From Pristiophorus japonicus (taxonomy: Eukaryota), in assembly GCF_044704955.1 (NCBI RefSeq), contig NW_027252691.1:62001-126000 (forward strand): a stretch of DNA of 64,000 nt, in the 5' to 3' direction. Under the pieces are notes generated by a model. The model saw only the letters and a program-made list of their open reading frames with translations. It was not told the DNA's origin and did not search any database. Both the position numbers and the translations under genes were made by a program. Of this stretch, positions 25,188-37,656 are shown piece after piece. The stretch's first letter is position 1. Each line of letters opens with the position of its first letter.

Positions 25188-28100
25188 AGAACATAGAAAC
25201 ACAGGAAATAGGTGCAGGAGTAGGCCATTCGGCCCTTCGAGCCTGCACCGCCATTCAATGAGTTCATGGCTGAACATTCAACTTCAGCACCCCATTCCTG
25301 CTTTCTCGCCATTTCCCTTGATCCCCCGAGTAGTAAGGACTACATCTAACTCCTTTTTGAATATATTTAGTGAATTGGCCTCAACAACTTTCTGTCTTAG
25401 AGAATTCCACAGGTTCACCACTCTCTGGGTGAAGAAATTTCTCCTCATCTCGGTCCTAAATGGCTTACCCCTTATCCTTAGACTGTGACCCTTGGTTCTG
25501 GACTTCCCCAACATTGGGAACATTCTTCCTGCATCTAACCTGTCTAACCCCGTCAGAATTTTAAACGTTTCTATGAGGTCCCCTCTCATTCTTCTGAACT
25601 CCAGTGAATACAAGCCAAGTTGATCCAATCTTTCTTGATATGTCAGTCCCACCATCCCGGGAATCAGTCTGGTGAACCTTCGCTGCACTCCCTCAATAGC
25701 AAGAATGTCCTTCCTCAAGTTAGGAGACCAAAACTGTACACAATATTCCAGGTGTGGCCTCACCAAGGCCCTGTACAACTGTAGTAACACCTCCCTGTCC
25801 CTGTACTCAAATCCCCTCGCTTTGAAGGCCAACATGCCATTTGCTTTCTTAACCGCCTGCTGTACCTGCATGCTAACCTTCAATGACTGATGTACCATGA
25901 CACCCAGGTCTCGTTGCACCTCTCCTTTTCCTAATCTGTCACCATTCAGATAATAGTCTGTCTCTCCGTTTTTACCACCAAAGTGGATAACCTCACAATG
26001 ATCCAGATTATACTTCATCTGCCATGCATTTGCCCACTCACCTAACCTATCCAAGTCACTCTGCAGCCTCATAGCATCGTCCTCGCAGCTCACACTGCCA
26101 CCCAACTTAGTGTCATCCGCAAATTTGGAGAAACTACATTTAATCCCCTCATCTAAATCATTAATGTACAATGTAAACAGCTGGGGCCCCAGTACAGAAC
26201 CTTGCGGTACCCCACTAGTCACTGCCTCCCATTCTGAAACGTACCCATTTACTCCTACTCTTTGCTTTCTGTCTGACAACCAGTTCTCAATCCACATCAG
26301 CACACAACCCCCAATCCCATGTGCTTTAACTTTGCACATTAATCTCTTGTGTGGGACCTTGTCGAAAGCCTTCTGAAAGTCCAAATACACCACATCAACT
26401 GGTTCTCCCTTGTCCATTCTACTGGAAACATCCTCAAAAAATTCCAGAAGATTTGTCAAGCATGATTTCCCTTTCACAAATCCATGCTGACTTAGACCTA
26501 GCATGTCACCTCTTTCCAAATGCGCTGCTATGATATCCTTAATAATTGATTCCATCATTTTACCCACTACGGAAGTCAGGCTGACCGGTCTATAATTCCC
26601 TGTTTTCTCTCTCCCTCATTTTTTAAAAAGTGGTGTTACATTGGCTACCCTCCACTCCGTAGGAACTGATCCAGAGTCTATGGAATGTTGGAAAATGACT
26701 GTCAATGCATCCGATATTTCCAAGGCCACCTCCTTAAGTACTCTGGGATGCAGTCCATCAGGCCCTGGGGATTTATCGGCCTTCAATCCCATCAATTTCC
26801 CCAACACAATTTCCCGACTAATAAAGATTTTCCTCAGTTCCTCCTCCTTACTAGACCCTCTGACCCCTTTTATATCCAGAAGGTTGTTTGTGTCCTCCTC
26901 AGTGAATACCGAACCAAAGTACTTGTTCAATTGGTCTGCCATTTCTTTGTTCCCCGTTATGACTTCCCCTGATTCTGACTGCAGGGGACCTACGTTTGTC
27001 TTTACTCATCTTTTTCTCTTTACATATCTATAGAAACTTTTGCAGTCCGTCTTAATGTTCCCTGCAAGCTTCTTCTCGTACTCCATTTTCCCTGCCCTAA
27101 TCAAACCCTTTGTCCTCCTTTGCTGAGTTCTAAATTTCTCCCAGTCCCCGGGTTCACTGCTATTTCTGGCCAATTTGCATGCCACTTCCTTGGCTTTAAT
27201 ACTATCCCTGATTTCCCTAGATAGCCACGGTTGAGCCACCTTCCCTTTTTTATTTTTACGCCAGACAGGAATGTACAATTGTTGTAGTTCATCCATGCGG
27301 TCTCTAAATGTCTGCCATTGCCCATCCACAGTCAACCCCTTCAGTATCATTCGCTAATCTATCCTAGCCAATTCACTTCTCATACCTTCAAAGTTACCCT
27401 TCTTTAAGTTCTGGACCATGGTCTCTGAATTAACCATTTCATTCTCCATCCTGATGTAGAATTCCACCATATTATGGTCACTCTTCCCCAAGGGGCCTCG
27501 CACAACGAGATTGCTAATTAATCCTCTCTCATTACACAACACCCAGTCTAAGATGGCCTCCTCCCTAGTTGGTTCCTTGACATATTGGTCTAGAAAACCA
27601 TCCCAGGAAGCACTCCAGGAAATCCTCCTCCACCATATTGCTTCCAGTTTGGTTAGCCCAATCTATATGCATATTAAAGTCACCCATGATAACTGCTGAA
27701 CCTTTATTGCATGCACCCCTAATTTCCAGTTTGATGCCCTCCCCAACATCACTACTACTGTTTGGAAGTCTGTACACAACTCCCACTTGCGTTTTCTGCC
27801 CCTTGGTATTCCGTAGCTCCACCCATACCGATTCCACATCATCCACGCTAATATCTTTCGTTACAATTGCATTAATTTCCTCTGTAACCAGCAACACCAC
27901 CCCAGCTCCTTTTCCTTTCTGTCTATCTTTCCTAAATGTTGAAACCCCTGGATGTTGAGTTCCCAGCCTTGGTCACCCTGGAGCCATGTCTCTGTGATGC
28001 CAACCACATCGTATCCGTTAACTGCTATCTGCACAGTTAATTCATCCACCTTATTCTGAATACTCCTCGCATTGAGGCACAGAGCCTTCAGGCTTGCCTT

Positions 28101-28325
28101 TTTAACACACTTATACCCTTTAGAATGTTGCTGCAAAGTGGCCCTTTTTGTTTTTTGCCTTGGGTTTCTCTGCCCTCCACTTTTACTCATTTCCTTTCTG
28201 TCTTTTGCTTCTGTCTCCATTTTGTTTCCCTCTGTCTCCCTGCATTGGTTCCCATCCCCCTTCCATATTAGTTTAACTCCTCCCCAACAGCACGAGCAAA
28301 CACTCCCCCGAGGACATTGGTTCCT
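25188..28325 (-). mobile_element. CR1 LINE with near-complete but disrupted ORF2 (APE endonuclease + RT)
   Basis: Endonuclease motifs LCLNARSI, ITETWL, MGDFN and SDHN, plus a 427-aa RT ORF at 25284-26567. Confidence 0.93.
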
Positions 28326-28329
28326 GTGA

Positions 28330-28885
28330 CATGGCTGATCATGCAACTTCAGTACCCCATTCCTGCTTTTGCTCAATACCCCTTGAGCCCTTTAGCCGTA
28401 AGGGCCACATCTAACTCCCTTTTGAATATATCGAACGAACTGGCCTCAACAACTTTCTTTGGTAGTGAATTCCACAGGTTCACAATTCTCTGAGTGATGA
28501 AGTTTTCCTCATCTCAGTCCTAAATGGCTTACCCCTTTTCCTTCAGGAGAAGCTGTCGGATTGTGGTAAAAACCCACCGGGTTCACAAGAACACAAGAAT
28601 TAGGAGCAGGAGTCTGCCATTCGGCCCCTCGAGCCTGCCCCGCCATTTAATAAGATCATGGCTGATCTTCGACCTCAACTCCACTTTCCTGCACTATCCC
28701 CATATCCCTCGATTCCCTTAATATCCAAAAATCTATCGAACTCCGTCTTAAATATACTGAAAGGCTGAGCCTCCAGCCCTCTGGGACAGAGAATTGCAGA
28801 GATTCACCCCCCTCTGAGTGAAGAAGTTTCTCCTTATCTCAGGTTTAAATGGCCGACCCCTTATTCTGAGACTGTGACCCCGATT
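28330..28885 (-). mobile_element. two short CR1 3' fragments
   Basis: 3' UTR remnants (catggctgatc..., gagtgaagaagtttctcc) and an acaagaacacaagaa tail. Confidence 0.7.
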
Positions 28886-29289
28886 CATTAACGTTCTTCA
28901 GGGAAGTGAACCTGCCGCCCCCTCCCCGGTCTGGGCCTACATGTGACTCCAGTCACACACACCCCCAGGGCAACTAGGGATGGGCAATAAATGCCAGCCA
29001 CACTGGCCTGAAAAATTAAAAAGGAAATCTAAGCCCTTGGTGATAGAGCGATTGCAGTAAAAGGCAATTAATGGCGGTGATTAATGAACTCTCAGGAATA
29101 GGGCAAGGATCAGACTGGGCAGAGATTGATGTAAACGGACACGTTATCACAGGTGACTCCATTCCCCAGAATTTGACGGGGGGAAAGAAATTGCTAAAAA
29201 CTAAGGAACAAGTGTGTGTGTGTGTGGAGGTTGTGCAGGATAGAGAGGGTGAGAGTAACAGAGAGCGAGAAAGGAGAGAGAGCAAGAAT

Positions 29290-29815
29290 GAAAGAAAGAC
29301 GCATTTATATAGCGCCTTTCACAACCACCGGACATCCCAAAGCACTTTACAGCCAATGAAGTACTTTTGGAGTGTGGTCACTGTTGTAATGTGGGAAATG
29401 CGACAGCCAATTTGTGCACAGCAAGCTCCCACACACAGCAATGTGATAATGACCCGACAATCTGTGACCACCCTCCAAAAGTACTTCATTGGCTGCGTAG
29501 CTCTCTGGGACACCCTGCGACTGTGAAGCCCCCCGGGGACACCCCCTCTGGGACACCCCCTCTGGGACCGTGAAGCCCCCCAGGGGACACCCCCTGGGGA
29601 TACCCTGCGAACCTGAAGCCCCCCGGAGACACCCCCCCTGGGACACCCTGCGACCGGGGACACCCTGCGACTGTGAAGCCCCCCTGGGGACACACTCCCG
29701 GGGACACCCCCCCGGGACACCCCCCTGGGACACCCTGCGACTGTGAAGCCCCCCGGGGACACCCCCCCGGGGACACCCTGCGACTGTGAAGGGCGCTATA
29801 CAAAGGCGAGTCTTT
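29290..29815. mobile_element. DeuSINE 3' fragment (-) with a fold-back inverted copy (+) whose tail is expanded into a C/G minisatellite (29505-29790)
   Basis: 29350-29381 is the reverse complement of 29464-29495 at 31/32 positions. The repeat gggacaccctgcgactgtgaa resembles the SINE tail. Confidence 0.75.
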
Positions 29816-29989
29816 TTTAAAAACAGGAAAACAAAATAAAAACCTGGAAATCTGAATTTGAAAACAAAGTTGTGATGAAAGGTCACGGACCGGAAACGTT
29901 TCTCTGACCCCAGCCGCGGCCGGAGCTGCTGAACGTTTCCAGAGCGGGCGGCACGGTGATATCAGTCGGTCATCTTCCACCCTGGGACT

Positions 29990-30527
29990 GGGGGGTCAGT
30001 GGGGGTCAGAGCGGGGTGGGTGGGGGTCAGAGCGGGTCAGAGCGGGGTCGGTGGAGGTCAGAGCGGGGTCGGTGGAGGTCAGAGCGGGGTGGTTGGGGGT
30101 CAGAGCGGGGTGGGTGGGGGTCAGTGTGGGTCAGAGCGGGGTCGGTGGGGGTCAGAGCGGGGTCGGTGGAGGTCAGAGCGGGGTCGGTGGAGGTCAGAGC
30201 GGGGTCGGTGGAGGTCAGAGCGGGGTCGGTGGGGGTCAGAGCGGGGTCGGTGGAGGTGAGAGCGGGGTCGGTGGGGGTCAGAGCGGGTCGGTGGGGGTCA
30301 GAGCGGGTCGGTGAGGGTCAGAGCGGGGTCGGAGGGGGTCAGAGTGGGGTCGGTGGGGGTCAGAGCGGGGTCGGTGGGGGTCAGAGCGAGGTCGGTGGGG
30401 GTCAGAGCGGGGTCGGTGGGGGTCAGAGCGGGGTCGGTGGGGGTCAGAACAGGGTTGGTGGGGGTCAGAGCGGGTCGGTGGGGGTCAGAGCGGGGTCGGT
30501 GGGGGTCAGAGCGGGGTCGGTGGGGGT
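29990..30527. repeat. 21-bp G-rich minisatellite (ggggtcggtgggggtcagagc)n
   Basis: Tandem units. Confidence 0.93.
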
Positions 30528-30775
30528 CCTTCTCATCTCAGTTTTAAATGGGCGACCCCTTATCTACAACTATTCCCCTAGTTGTAGATTCCCCCACGAG
30601 GGGAAATATCCTCTCTGTGTCGACCTTGTCGAGCCCCCTCAGAATCTTATATGTTTCAATAAGGTCACCTCTCTGTCTTCTAAACTCCGTCTTACTCAGC
30701 CTTTCCTCATAAGTCAACCCCTTCATCTCAGGAATCAACCTGGTGAACTTCTCTGAACTGCCTCCAATGCCAGTA
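30528..30775 (-). mobile_element. CR1 fragment
   Basis: ORF 30544-30804 contains FTRLIPEMKGLTYEERL...RGDLIETYKIL. Confidence 0.8.
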
Positions 30776-30819
30776 TAATGTTGTCTTTGGGGACAGATGG
30801 ACAATAGCCGCCCATTGGC

Positions 30820-31288
30820 AGTGGCTCAGTGGGCAGCACTCTCGCCTCGGACTCACGTGGGCGTGGGTTCAAGTCCCGCTCCGGAGACTTGAGCACATAA
30901 ATCTAGGCCGACACTCCCAGTGCAGTGCTGAGGGAGTGCCGCACTGTCGGAGGGATAGTACTGGGGGAGTGCCGCACTGTCGGAGGGGCAGTACTGAGGG
31001 AGCGCCGCACTGTTGGAGGGGCAGTACTGAGGGAGCGCCGCACTGTTGGAGGTGCATTCTTTCAGGTGAATGGTTAAGCTGATTCCCTGAGGTCCTGGGC
31101 CAATACTTATCCCTGAAGATCAGAAAAACAGATGATCTGGTCATTACCAGCTTGTTTTGTGTGGGAGCTTGCTGTGCACAAACTCGCTATCATTATGTTA
31201 CACTTCAAAAGTACTTCAGCGGCTGTAAAGCGCTCAGGGACATCCTGAGATCATCAAAGGCGCTATATAAATGCAAGTTCTTCCTTTC
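30820..31288 (+). mobile_element. tRNA-derived DeuSINE (SacSINE1-like)
   Basis: A-box tggctcagtggg, B-box ggttcaagtcc, internal repeat gtactgagggagcgccgcactgtcggagggg and tail aaggcgctatataaatgcaag. Confidence 0.8.
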
Positions 31289-31332
31289 ACAACCGTTTCT
31301 AATGCATGACGATCAAGCTTGGTTAAAAAAAA

Positions 31333-31846
31333 GAAATACTTGCATTTATACAACACCTTTCACAACCACCGGACGTCTCAAAGTGCTTTACAGCTAATGA
31401 AGTACTTTATGAAGTGTAGTCACTGTTGTAATGAAGGAATCAATATTGGCCCAGGACACCGGGGATAGCCCCACCTGCTCTTCTTCGAAATAGAGCCATT
31501 GGATCTTTTACATCCAAATGAGAAAGCAGGCGGGGCCTCGGTTTAACATCACATCGCTCAGTGCTCCCTCAGTACTGCCCCTCCGACAGTGCAGCAGTCC
31601 CTCAGTACTGCCCCTCCGACAGTGCGGCGCTCCCTCAGTACTGCCCCTCCGACAGTGCAGCACTCCCTCAGTACTGCCCCTCCGACAGTGCAGCACTCCC
31701 TCAGTACTGCCCCTCCGACAGTGCGGCGCTCCCTCAGTACTGTACTGGAGTGTCTGCCTGGATTTAAATGTTCAAGTCCCTGGAGTGGGATTTGAACCCA
31801 CAACCTCCTGACTCCGAGGCGAGTGAGCTGCCCACTGAGCCACGGC
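31333..31846 (-). mobile_element. DeuSINE, inverted relative to the neighbouring copy
   Basis: Reverse complement of the same head, Deu domain (gaagaagagcagg...gtgtcctgggccaatatt) and tail. Confidence 0.8.
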
Positions 31847-32223
31847 TGACACTGGAACCTGTGAAATCTAACCCAGTTAGGGGATAAATGATGACATGGA
31901 ATTGGCACAGCACTAAGATCGAGTCCTTCACTGGAACAGTCAAGCTCGAGAACACATGGGAAATATAAAGTGATTTGTTCAGAATCTAACCGGACTGGTC
32001 ACTGACTTCACACTGAAGCAAAAACGTATTCAGTCCCTGAGCCTCACAGAATATTGAAGAACGGCAAATCATGTGTTTCTGTCATGGGACAATAACTGCT
32101 CTGCCGTCTCCCACAATGAGGGTCCCAGAGCGTTCCCACCTTCTTGTTGATTTGTTTTGCACTTTTTATATGAAACTAAACTGCTGCAGTTTGCTTTCAT
32201 ACCTAAAGAACAGGTATTCCGAA

Positions 32224-32738
32224 GTACCTGTCCTGGGAGTGTTTAGTGGGACAGTGTAGAGGGAGCTTTACTCTGTATCTAACCCCCTGTACCTGCCCTG
32301 GGTGTGTTTAGTGGGCCATGTAGAGGGAGCTTTACTCTGTATCTAACCCCCTGTACCTGCCCTGAGAGTGTTTGATGGGATAGTGTAGAGGGAGCTTTAC
32401 TTTGTATCTAACCCCGTGCTGTACCTGCCCTGGGAGTGTTTGATGGGACAGTATAGAGGGAGTTTTACTCTGTATCGAACCCCCTGTACCTGCCCTGGGA
32501 GTGTTTGATGGGACAGTGTAGAGGGAGCTTTACTCTGTATCTAACCCGTGCTGTACCTGCCCTGGGAGTGTTTGGTGGGACAGTGTAGAGGGAGCTTTAC
32601 TCTGTATCTAACCCCCTGTACCTGCCCTGGGTGTGTTTGATATGACAGTGTAGAGGAAGCTTTACTCTGTATCTAACCCCATGCTGTACCTGCCCTGGGA
32701 GTGTTTGATGGGCCATGTAGAGGGAGCTTTACTCTGTA
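32224..32738. repeat. ~62-65 bp shark minisatellite (gtacctgccctgggagtgtttgatgggacagtgtagagggagctttactctgtatctaaccc), resumes at 34307-34480
   Basis: Tandem units split by a CR1 insertion. Confidence 0.9.
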
Positions 32739-34308
32739 TAGAAACATAGAAAATAGGTGCAGGAGCAGGCCATTCAGCCCTTCTAGCCTGCACCGCCATT
32801 CAATGAGTTCATGGCTGAACATGAAATTTCAGTACCCACTTCCTGCTTTCTCGCCATAACCCTTGATCCCCCGAGTAGTAAGGACTTCATCTAACTCCTT
32901 TTTGAATATATTTAGTGAATTGGCCTCAACAACTTTCTGTGGTAGAGAATTCCACAGGTTCACCACTCTCTGGGTGAAGAAGTTTCTCCTCATCTCGGTC
33001 CTAAATGGCTTCCCCCTTATCCTTAGACTGTGACCCCTGGTTCTGGACTTCCCCAACATTGGGAACATTCTTCCTACATCTAACCTGTCTAAACCCGTCA
33101 GAATTTTAAACGTTTCCATGAGGTCCCCTCTCATTCTTCTGAAATCCAGTGAATACAAACCCAGTTGATCCAGTCTTTCTTGATAGGTCAGTCCCACCAT
33201 CCGGGAATCATTCTGGTGAATCTTCGCTGCACTCCCTCAATAGCAAGAATGTCCTTCCTCAAGTTAGGAGACCAAAACTGTACACAATACTTCAGGTGTG
33301 GCTTCACCAAGGCCCTGTACAACTGTAGCAACACCTCCCTGCCCCTGTACTCAAATCCCCTCGCTATGAAGGCCAACATGCCATTTGCTTTCTTAACCGC
33401 CTGCTGTACCTGCATGCCAACCTTCAATGACTGATGTACCATGACACCCAGGTCTCGTTGCATCTTCCCTTTTCCTAATCTGTCACCATTCAGATCATAG
33501 TCTATCTCTCTGTTTTTACCACCAAAGTGGATAACCTCACATTTATCCACATTATACTTCATCTGCCATGCATTTGCCCACTCACCTAACCTATCCAAGT
33601 CACTCTGCAGCCTAATAGCATCCTCCTCGCAGCTCACACTGCCACCCAACTTAGTGTCATCCGCAAATTTGGAGATACTGCATTTAATCCCCTCATCTAA
33701 ATCATTAATGTACAATGTAAACAGCTGGGGCCCCAGCACAAACCTTGCGGCACCCCACTAGTCACTGCCTGCCATTCTGAAAAGTACCCATTTACTCCTA
33801 CTCTTTGCTTCCTGTCTGACAACTAGTTCTCAATCCACGTCAGCACACTACCCCCAATCCCATGTGCTTTAACTTTGCACATTAATCTCTTGTGTGGGAC
33901 CTTGTCGAAAGTCTTCTGAAAGTCCAAATATACCACATCAACTGGTTCTCCCTTGTCCACTCTACTGGAAACATCCTCAAAAATTCCAGAATATTTGTCA
34001 AGCATGATTTCCCTTTCACAAATCCATGCTGACTTGGACCTATCATGTCACCATTTTCCAAATGCGCTGCTATGACATCCTTAATAATTGATTCCATCAT
34101 TTTACCCACTACGGAGGTCAGGCTGACCGGTCTATAATTCCCTGTTTTCTCTCTCCCTCCTTTTTTAAAAAGTGGGGTTACATTGGCTACCCTCCACTCG
34201 ATAGGAACTGATCCAGAGTCAATGGAATGTTGGAAAATGACTGTCAATGCATCCGCTATTTCCAAGGCCACCTCCTTAAGTACTCTGGGATGCAGTCCAT
34301 CAGGCCCT
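32738..34308 (-). mobile_element. CR1 LINE, 5'-truncated
   Basis: RT ORFs at 32829-33200, 33188-33739 and 33882-34406. Confidence 0.93.
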
Positions 34309-34899
34309 GTACCTGCCCTGGGAATGTTTGGTGGGCCATGTAGAGGGAGCTTTACTCTGTATCTAACCTCGTGCTGTACCTGCCCTGGGTGTGTTTGATG
34401 GGCCATGTAGAGGGAGCTTTACTCTGTATCTAACCCCCTGTACCTGCCCTGGGTGTGTTTGGTGGGCCATGTAGAGGAGCCTTACTTTACACTGATGTCA
34501 ATGGAATGCTAACTCAGACGGAGTGTGATACCAGCTGCTGATTTGCCATGAACCGATTTACTATACCACCCAAAGGCAATTACAGCTTTGTGGAATGAGA
34601 CACAGGAGGAGACCGGTCAGCCAGCCACGCCTGGTCGAGCTCACGAATTAATCCCAGTCCCCTGCTTGTTCACCATAACCTTGTAAAAGGTTTTCACATG
34701 AAGTATTTATCCAATTCTCATTTAAAAGATACTGTGGAACCTGCTCCCACCGCCCTTTCACACATTGCGTTCCAGATCATAACAACTCGCTGTGTAAAAC
34801 GTTTCCTTATTTACCCCAATATTGTCTCCAAAAGTTTCCCCACTGAAGTCAGGCTGACTGGCCTGTTGCTCCCTTATACCCTTCACCTGCTTTCTCAAT

Positions 34900-35068
34900 T
34901 CATAGAAACATAGAAAATAGGTGCAGGAGTAGGCCATTCAGCCCTTCGAGCCTGCACCACCATTCAATAAGATCATGGCTGATCATTCCCTCAGTACCCC
35001 TTTCCTGCTTTCTCTCCATACCCCTTGGTCCCTTTAGCCGTAAGGGCCACATCTAACTCCCTTTTGAA
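34900..35068 (-). mobile_element. CR1 3' tail fragment
   Basis: catagaaacatagaaaataggtgcaggagtagg. Confidence 0.85.
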
Positions 35069-36606
35069 TTTTAAAAACTGCTTCTTCCCCAAGGAAAACA
35101 AACTGAAGTGTCCTTAATTCCAACAATAAATCCCAAGATATTTTTAATATCCGTGCAATGCTGACTGAGGCTGTTCATTATACCGGATGGGCCTCATACA
35201 CTACATTACCGTATGAGGTTGATGGGTGTTTTTGTGACTGGAAGGATGTTTCCAGTGGGGTTCCGCAGGGCTCAGTACTGGGTCCCTTGCTTTTTCTGGT
35301 ATATATCAATGATCTAGACTTAAATGTTGGGGGTATGATTAAGAAGTTTGATACTAAAATTGGCCATGTGGTTGATAATGAAGAAGAATGCTGTGGACTG
35401 CAGGAAGATATCAATGTACTGGTCAGGTGGGCAGAACTGTGGCAAATGAAATACAAACCAAAGCTTTTACCGATATATAAAACGGAAAAGAGTGACTAAA
35501 GTAAATGTTGGTCCTTTAGAAGATGAGAAGGGGGATTTAATAATGGGAAATATGGAAATGGCTGAGACCTTAAACAATTATTTTGCTTCGGTCTTCACAG
35601 TGGAAGACACAAAAACCATGCCAGAAATTGCTGGTCACGGGAATGTGGGAAGGGAGGACCTTGAGATAATCACTATCACTAGGGGGGTAGTGCTGGACAG
35701 GCTAATGGATTTCAAGGTAGACAAGTCCCCTGGTCCTGATGAAATGCATCCCAGGGTATTAAAAGAGATGACGGATGTTATAGCAGATGCATTGGTTATA
35801 ATCTACCAAAATTCTCTGGACTCTGGGGAGGTACCAGCGGATTGGAAAGCAGCTAATGTAACGCCTCTGTTTAAAAAAGGGGGCAGACAAAAGGCAGGTA
35901 ACTATAGGCCGGTTAGTTTAACATCTGTAGTGGGGAAAATGCTTGAAACTATCATTAAGGAAGAAATTGCGGGACAGCTAGATAGGAATAGTGCAATCAA
36001 GCAGACGCAACATGGATTCATGAAGGGGAAATCATGTTTAACTAATTTACTGGAATTCTTTGAGGATATAATGAGCATGATAGATAGAGGTGTACCGATG
36101 GATGTGGTGTATTTAGATTTCAAAAAGGCATTCGATAAGGTGCCACACAAAAGGTTACTGCAGAAGATAAAGGTACGCGGAGTCAGGAAATGTAATAGCA
36201 TGGATCGAGAATTGGCTGGCTAACAGAAAGTAGACAGTCGGGATAAATGGGTCCTTTTCAGGTTGGAAATCAGTGGTTAGTGGTGTGCCACAGGGATCGG
36301 TGCTGGGACCACAACTGTTTACAATATACATAGATGACCTGGAAGAGGGGACAGTGTAGTGCAACTAAATTTGAGAATGACACTAAGATTAGTGGGAAAG
36401 CGGGTTGTGTAGAGGACACAGAGAGGCTGCAAAGAGATTTAGATAGGTTAAGCAAATGGGCTAAGGTTTGGCAGATGGAATACAATGTCGGAAAATGTGA
36501 AGTCATCCACCTTGGAAAAAAAACCGGAAAAGGGAATATTATTTGAATGGGGAGAAATTACAACATGCTGCGGTGCAGAGGGACCTGGGGGTCCTTGTGC
36601 ATGAAT

Positions 36607-36778
36607 TTTCTCTAAGATTCTTTTCCCATACCATTCGCCTCCAACCTTCCTCTTTCTGCTCATAGCTCTTGTGATGCCAACCCTTCCACTGCAGCCAGGG
36701 TTCATCCAATTCAGGATCTAATCTTGGGGCTGCAAAGACTCCAACCAGGCACAAAGAAAGTACACAGTAGATCTTCAT
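36607..36778 (-). pseudogene. CTSL: intronless 5' fragment of cathepsin L (signal peptide + start of I29 prodomain)
   Basis: MKIYCVLSLCLVGVFAAPRLDPELDEPWLQWKGWHHKSYEQKEEGWRRMVWEKNLR has the vertebrate cathepsin L pattern LD..W..WK..H.K.Y...EEGWRR..WEKNL (start of the ERFNIN region). Confidence 0.88.
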
Positions 36779-36957
36779 CCTTTCTTCTTCGCTCCCTGCC
36801 GCTCCCGGGCTACAATCTATCGTACTCGCGAGCGCCACCAGTTTTTATGGCTCGCGTCATCCCCGCACTGATACATTTTCAGCACTGATTGGCTGGCCCA
36901 TCCAGGCACGGACCACACCCAGTCACGAGATGCAGTGCTCAGAGTGTGCTGTCGATT
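36779..36957 (-). promoter_or_regulatory. captured cathepsin L 5' UTR and promoter-like sequence
   Basis: On the minus strand: TCTCGTGAC E-box/CLEAR-like motif (36922-36930), CCAAT (36888-36892), TGACG CRE half-site (36855-36859) and CATAAAAA TATA-like motif (36842-36849), ~65 nt before the ATG. The segment is CpG-rich. Confidence 0.6.
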
Positions 36958-37656
36958 CATGAATCCCAAAAAGTTAGTTTGCAGGTGCAGCAGGTAATCA
37001 GGAAGGCGAATGGAATGTTAGCCTTCATTGCGAGAGGGATGGAGTACAAAAGCAGGGAGGTCCTGCTGCAACTGTATAGGGTATTAGTGAGGCCGCACCT
37101 GGAGTACTGCGTGCAGTTTTGGTCACCTTACTTAAGGAAGGATATACTGGCTTTGGAGGGGGTACAGAGACGATTCACTAGGCTGATTCCGGAGATGAGG
37201 GGGTTACCTTATGATGATAGATTGAGTAGACTGGGTCTTTACTCGTTGGAGTTCAGAAGGATGAGGGGTGATCTTATAGAAACATTTAAAATCATGAAAG
37301 GGATAGTCAAGATAGAGGCAGAGAGGTTGTTTCCACTGGTCGGGGAGACTAGAACTAGGGGGCACAGCCTCAAAATATGGGGGAGCCAATTTAAAACAGA
37401 GTTGAGAAGGAATTTCTTCTCCCAGAGTCTGTGGAATTCTCTGCTCAAGGAAGCAGTTGAGGCTAGCTCATTAAATGTATTCAAGTCACAGATAGATAGA
37501 TTTTTAACCAATAAGGGAATAAGGGTTACGGGGAGCGGGTGGGTAAGTGGAGCTGAGTCCACGGCCAGATCAGCCATGATCTTGCTGAATGGCGGAGCAG
37601 GCTCGAGGGGCTAGATGGCCTACTCCTGTTCCTAATTCTTATGTTCTTATGTTCTT

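Noticed and set aside
27173-27180. Octamer ATTTGCAT as a possible Ig intronic enhancer
   Set aside because: It lies inside CR1 ORF2 sequence and has no supporting motif cluster.
30820-30890. tRNA gene
   Set aside because: The A and B boxes belong to a SINE head that continues into the SINE body.
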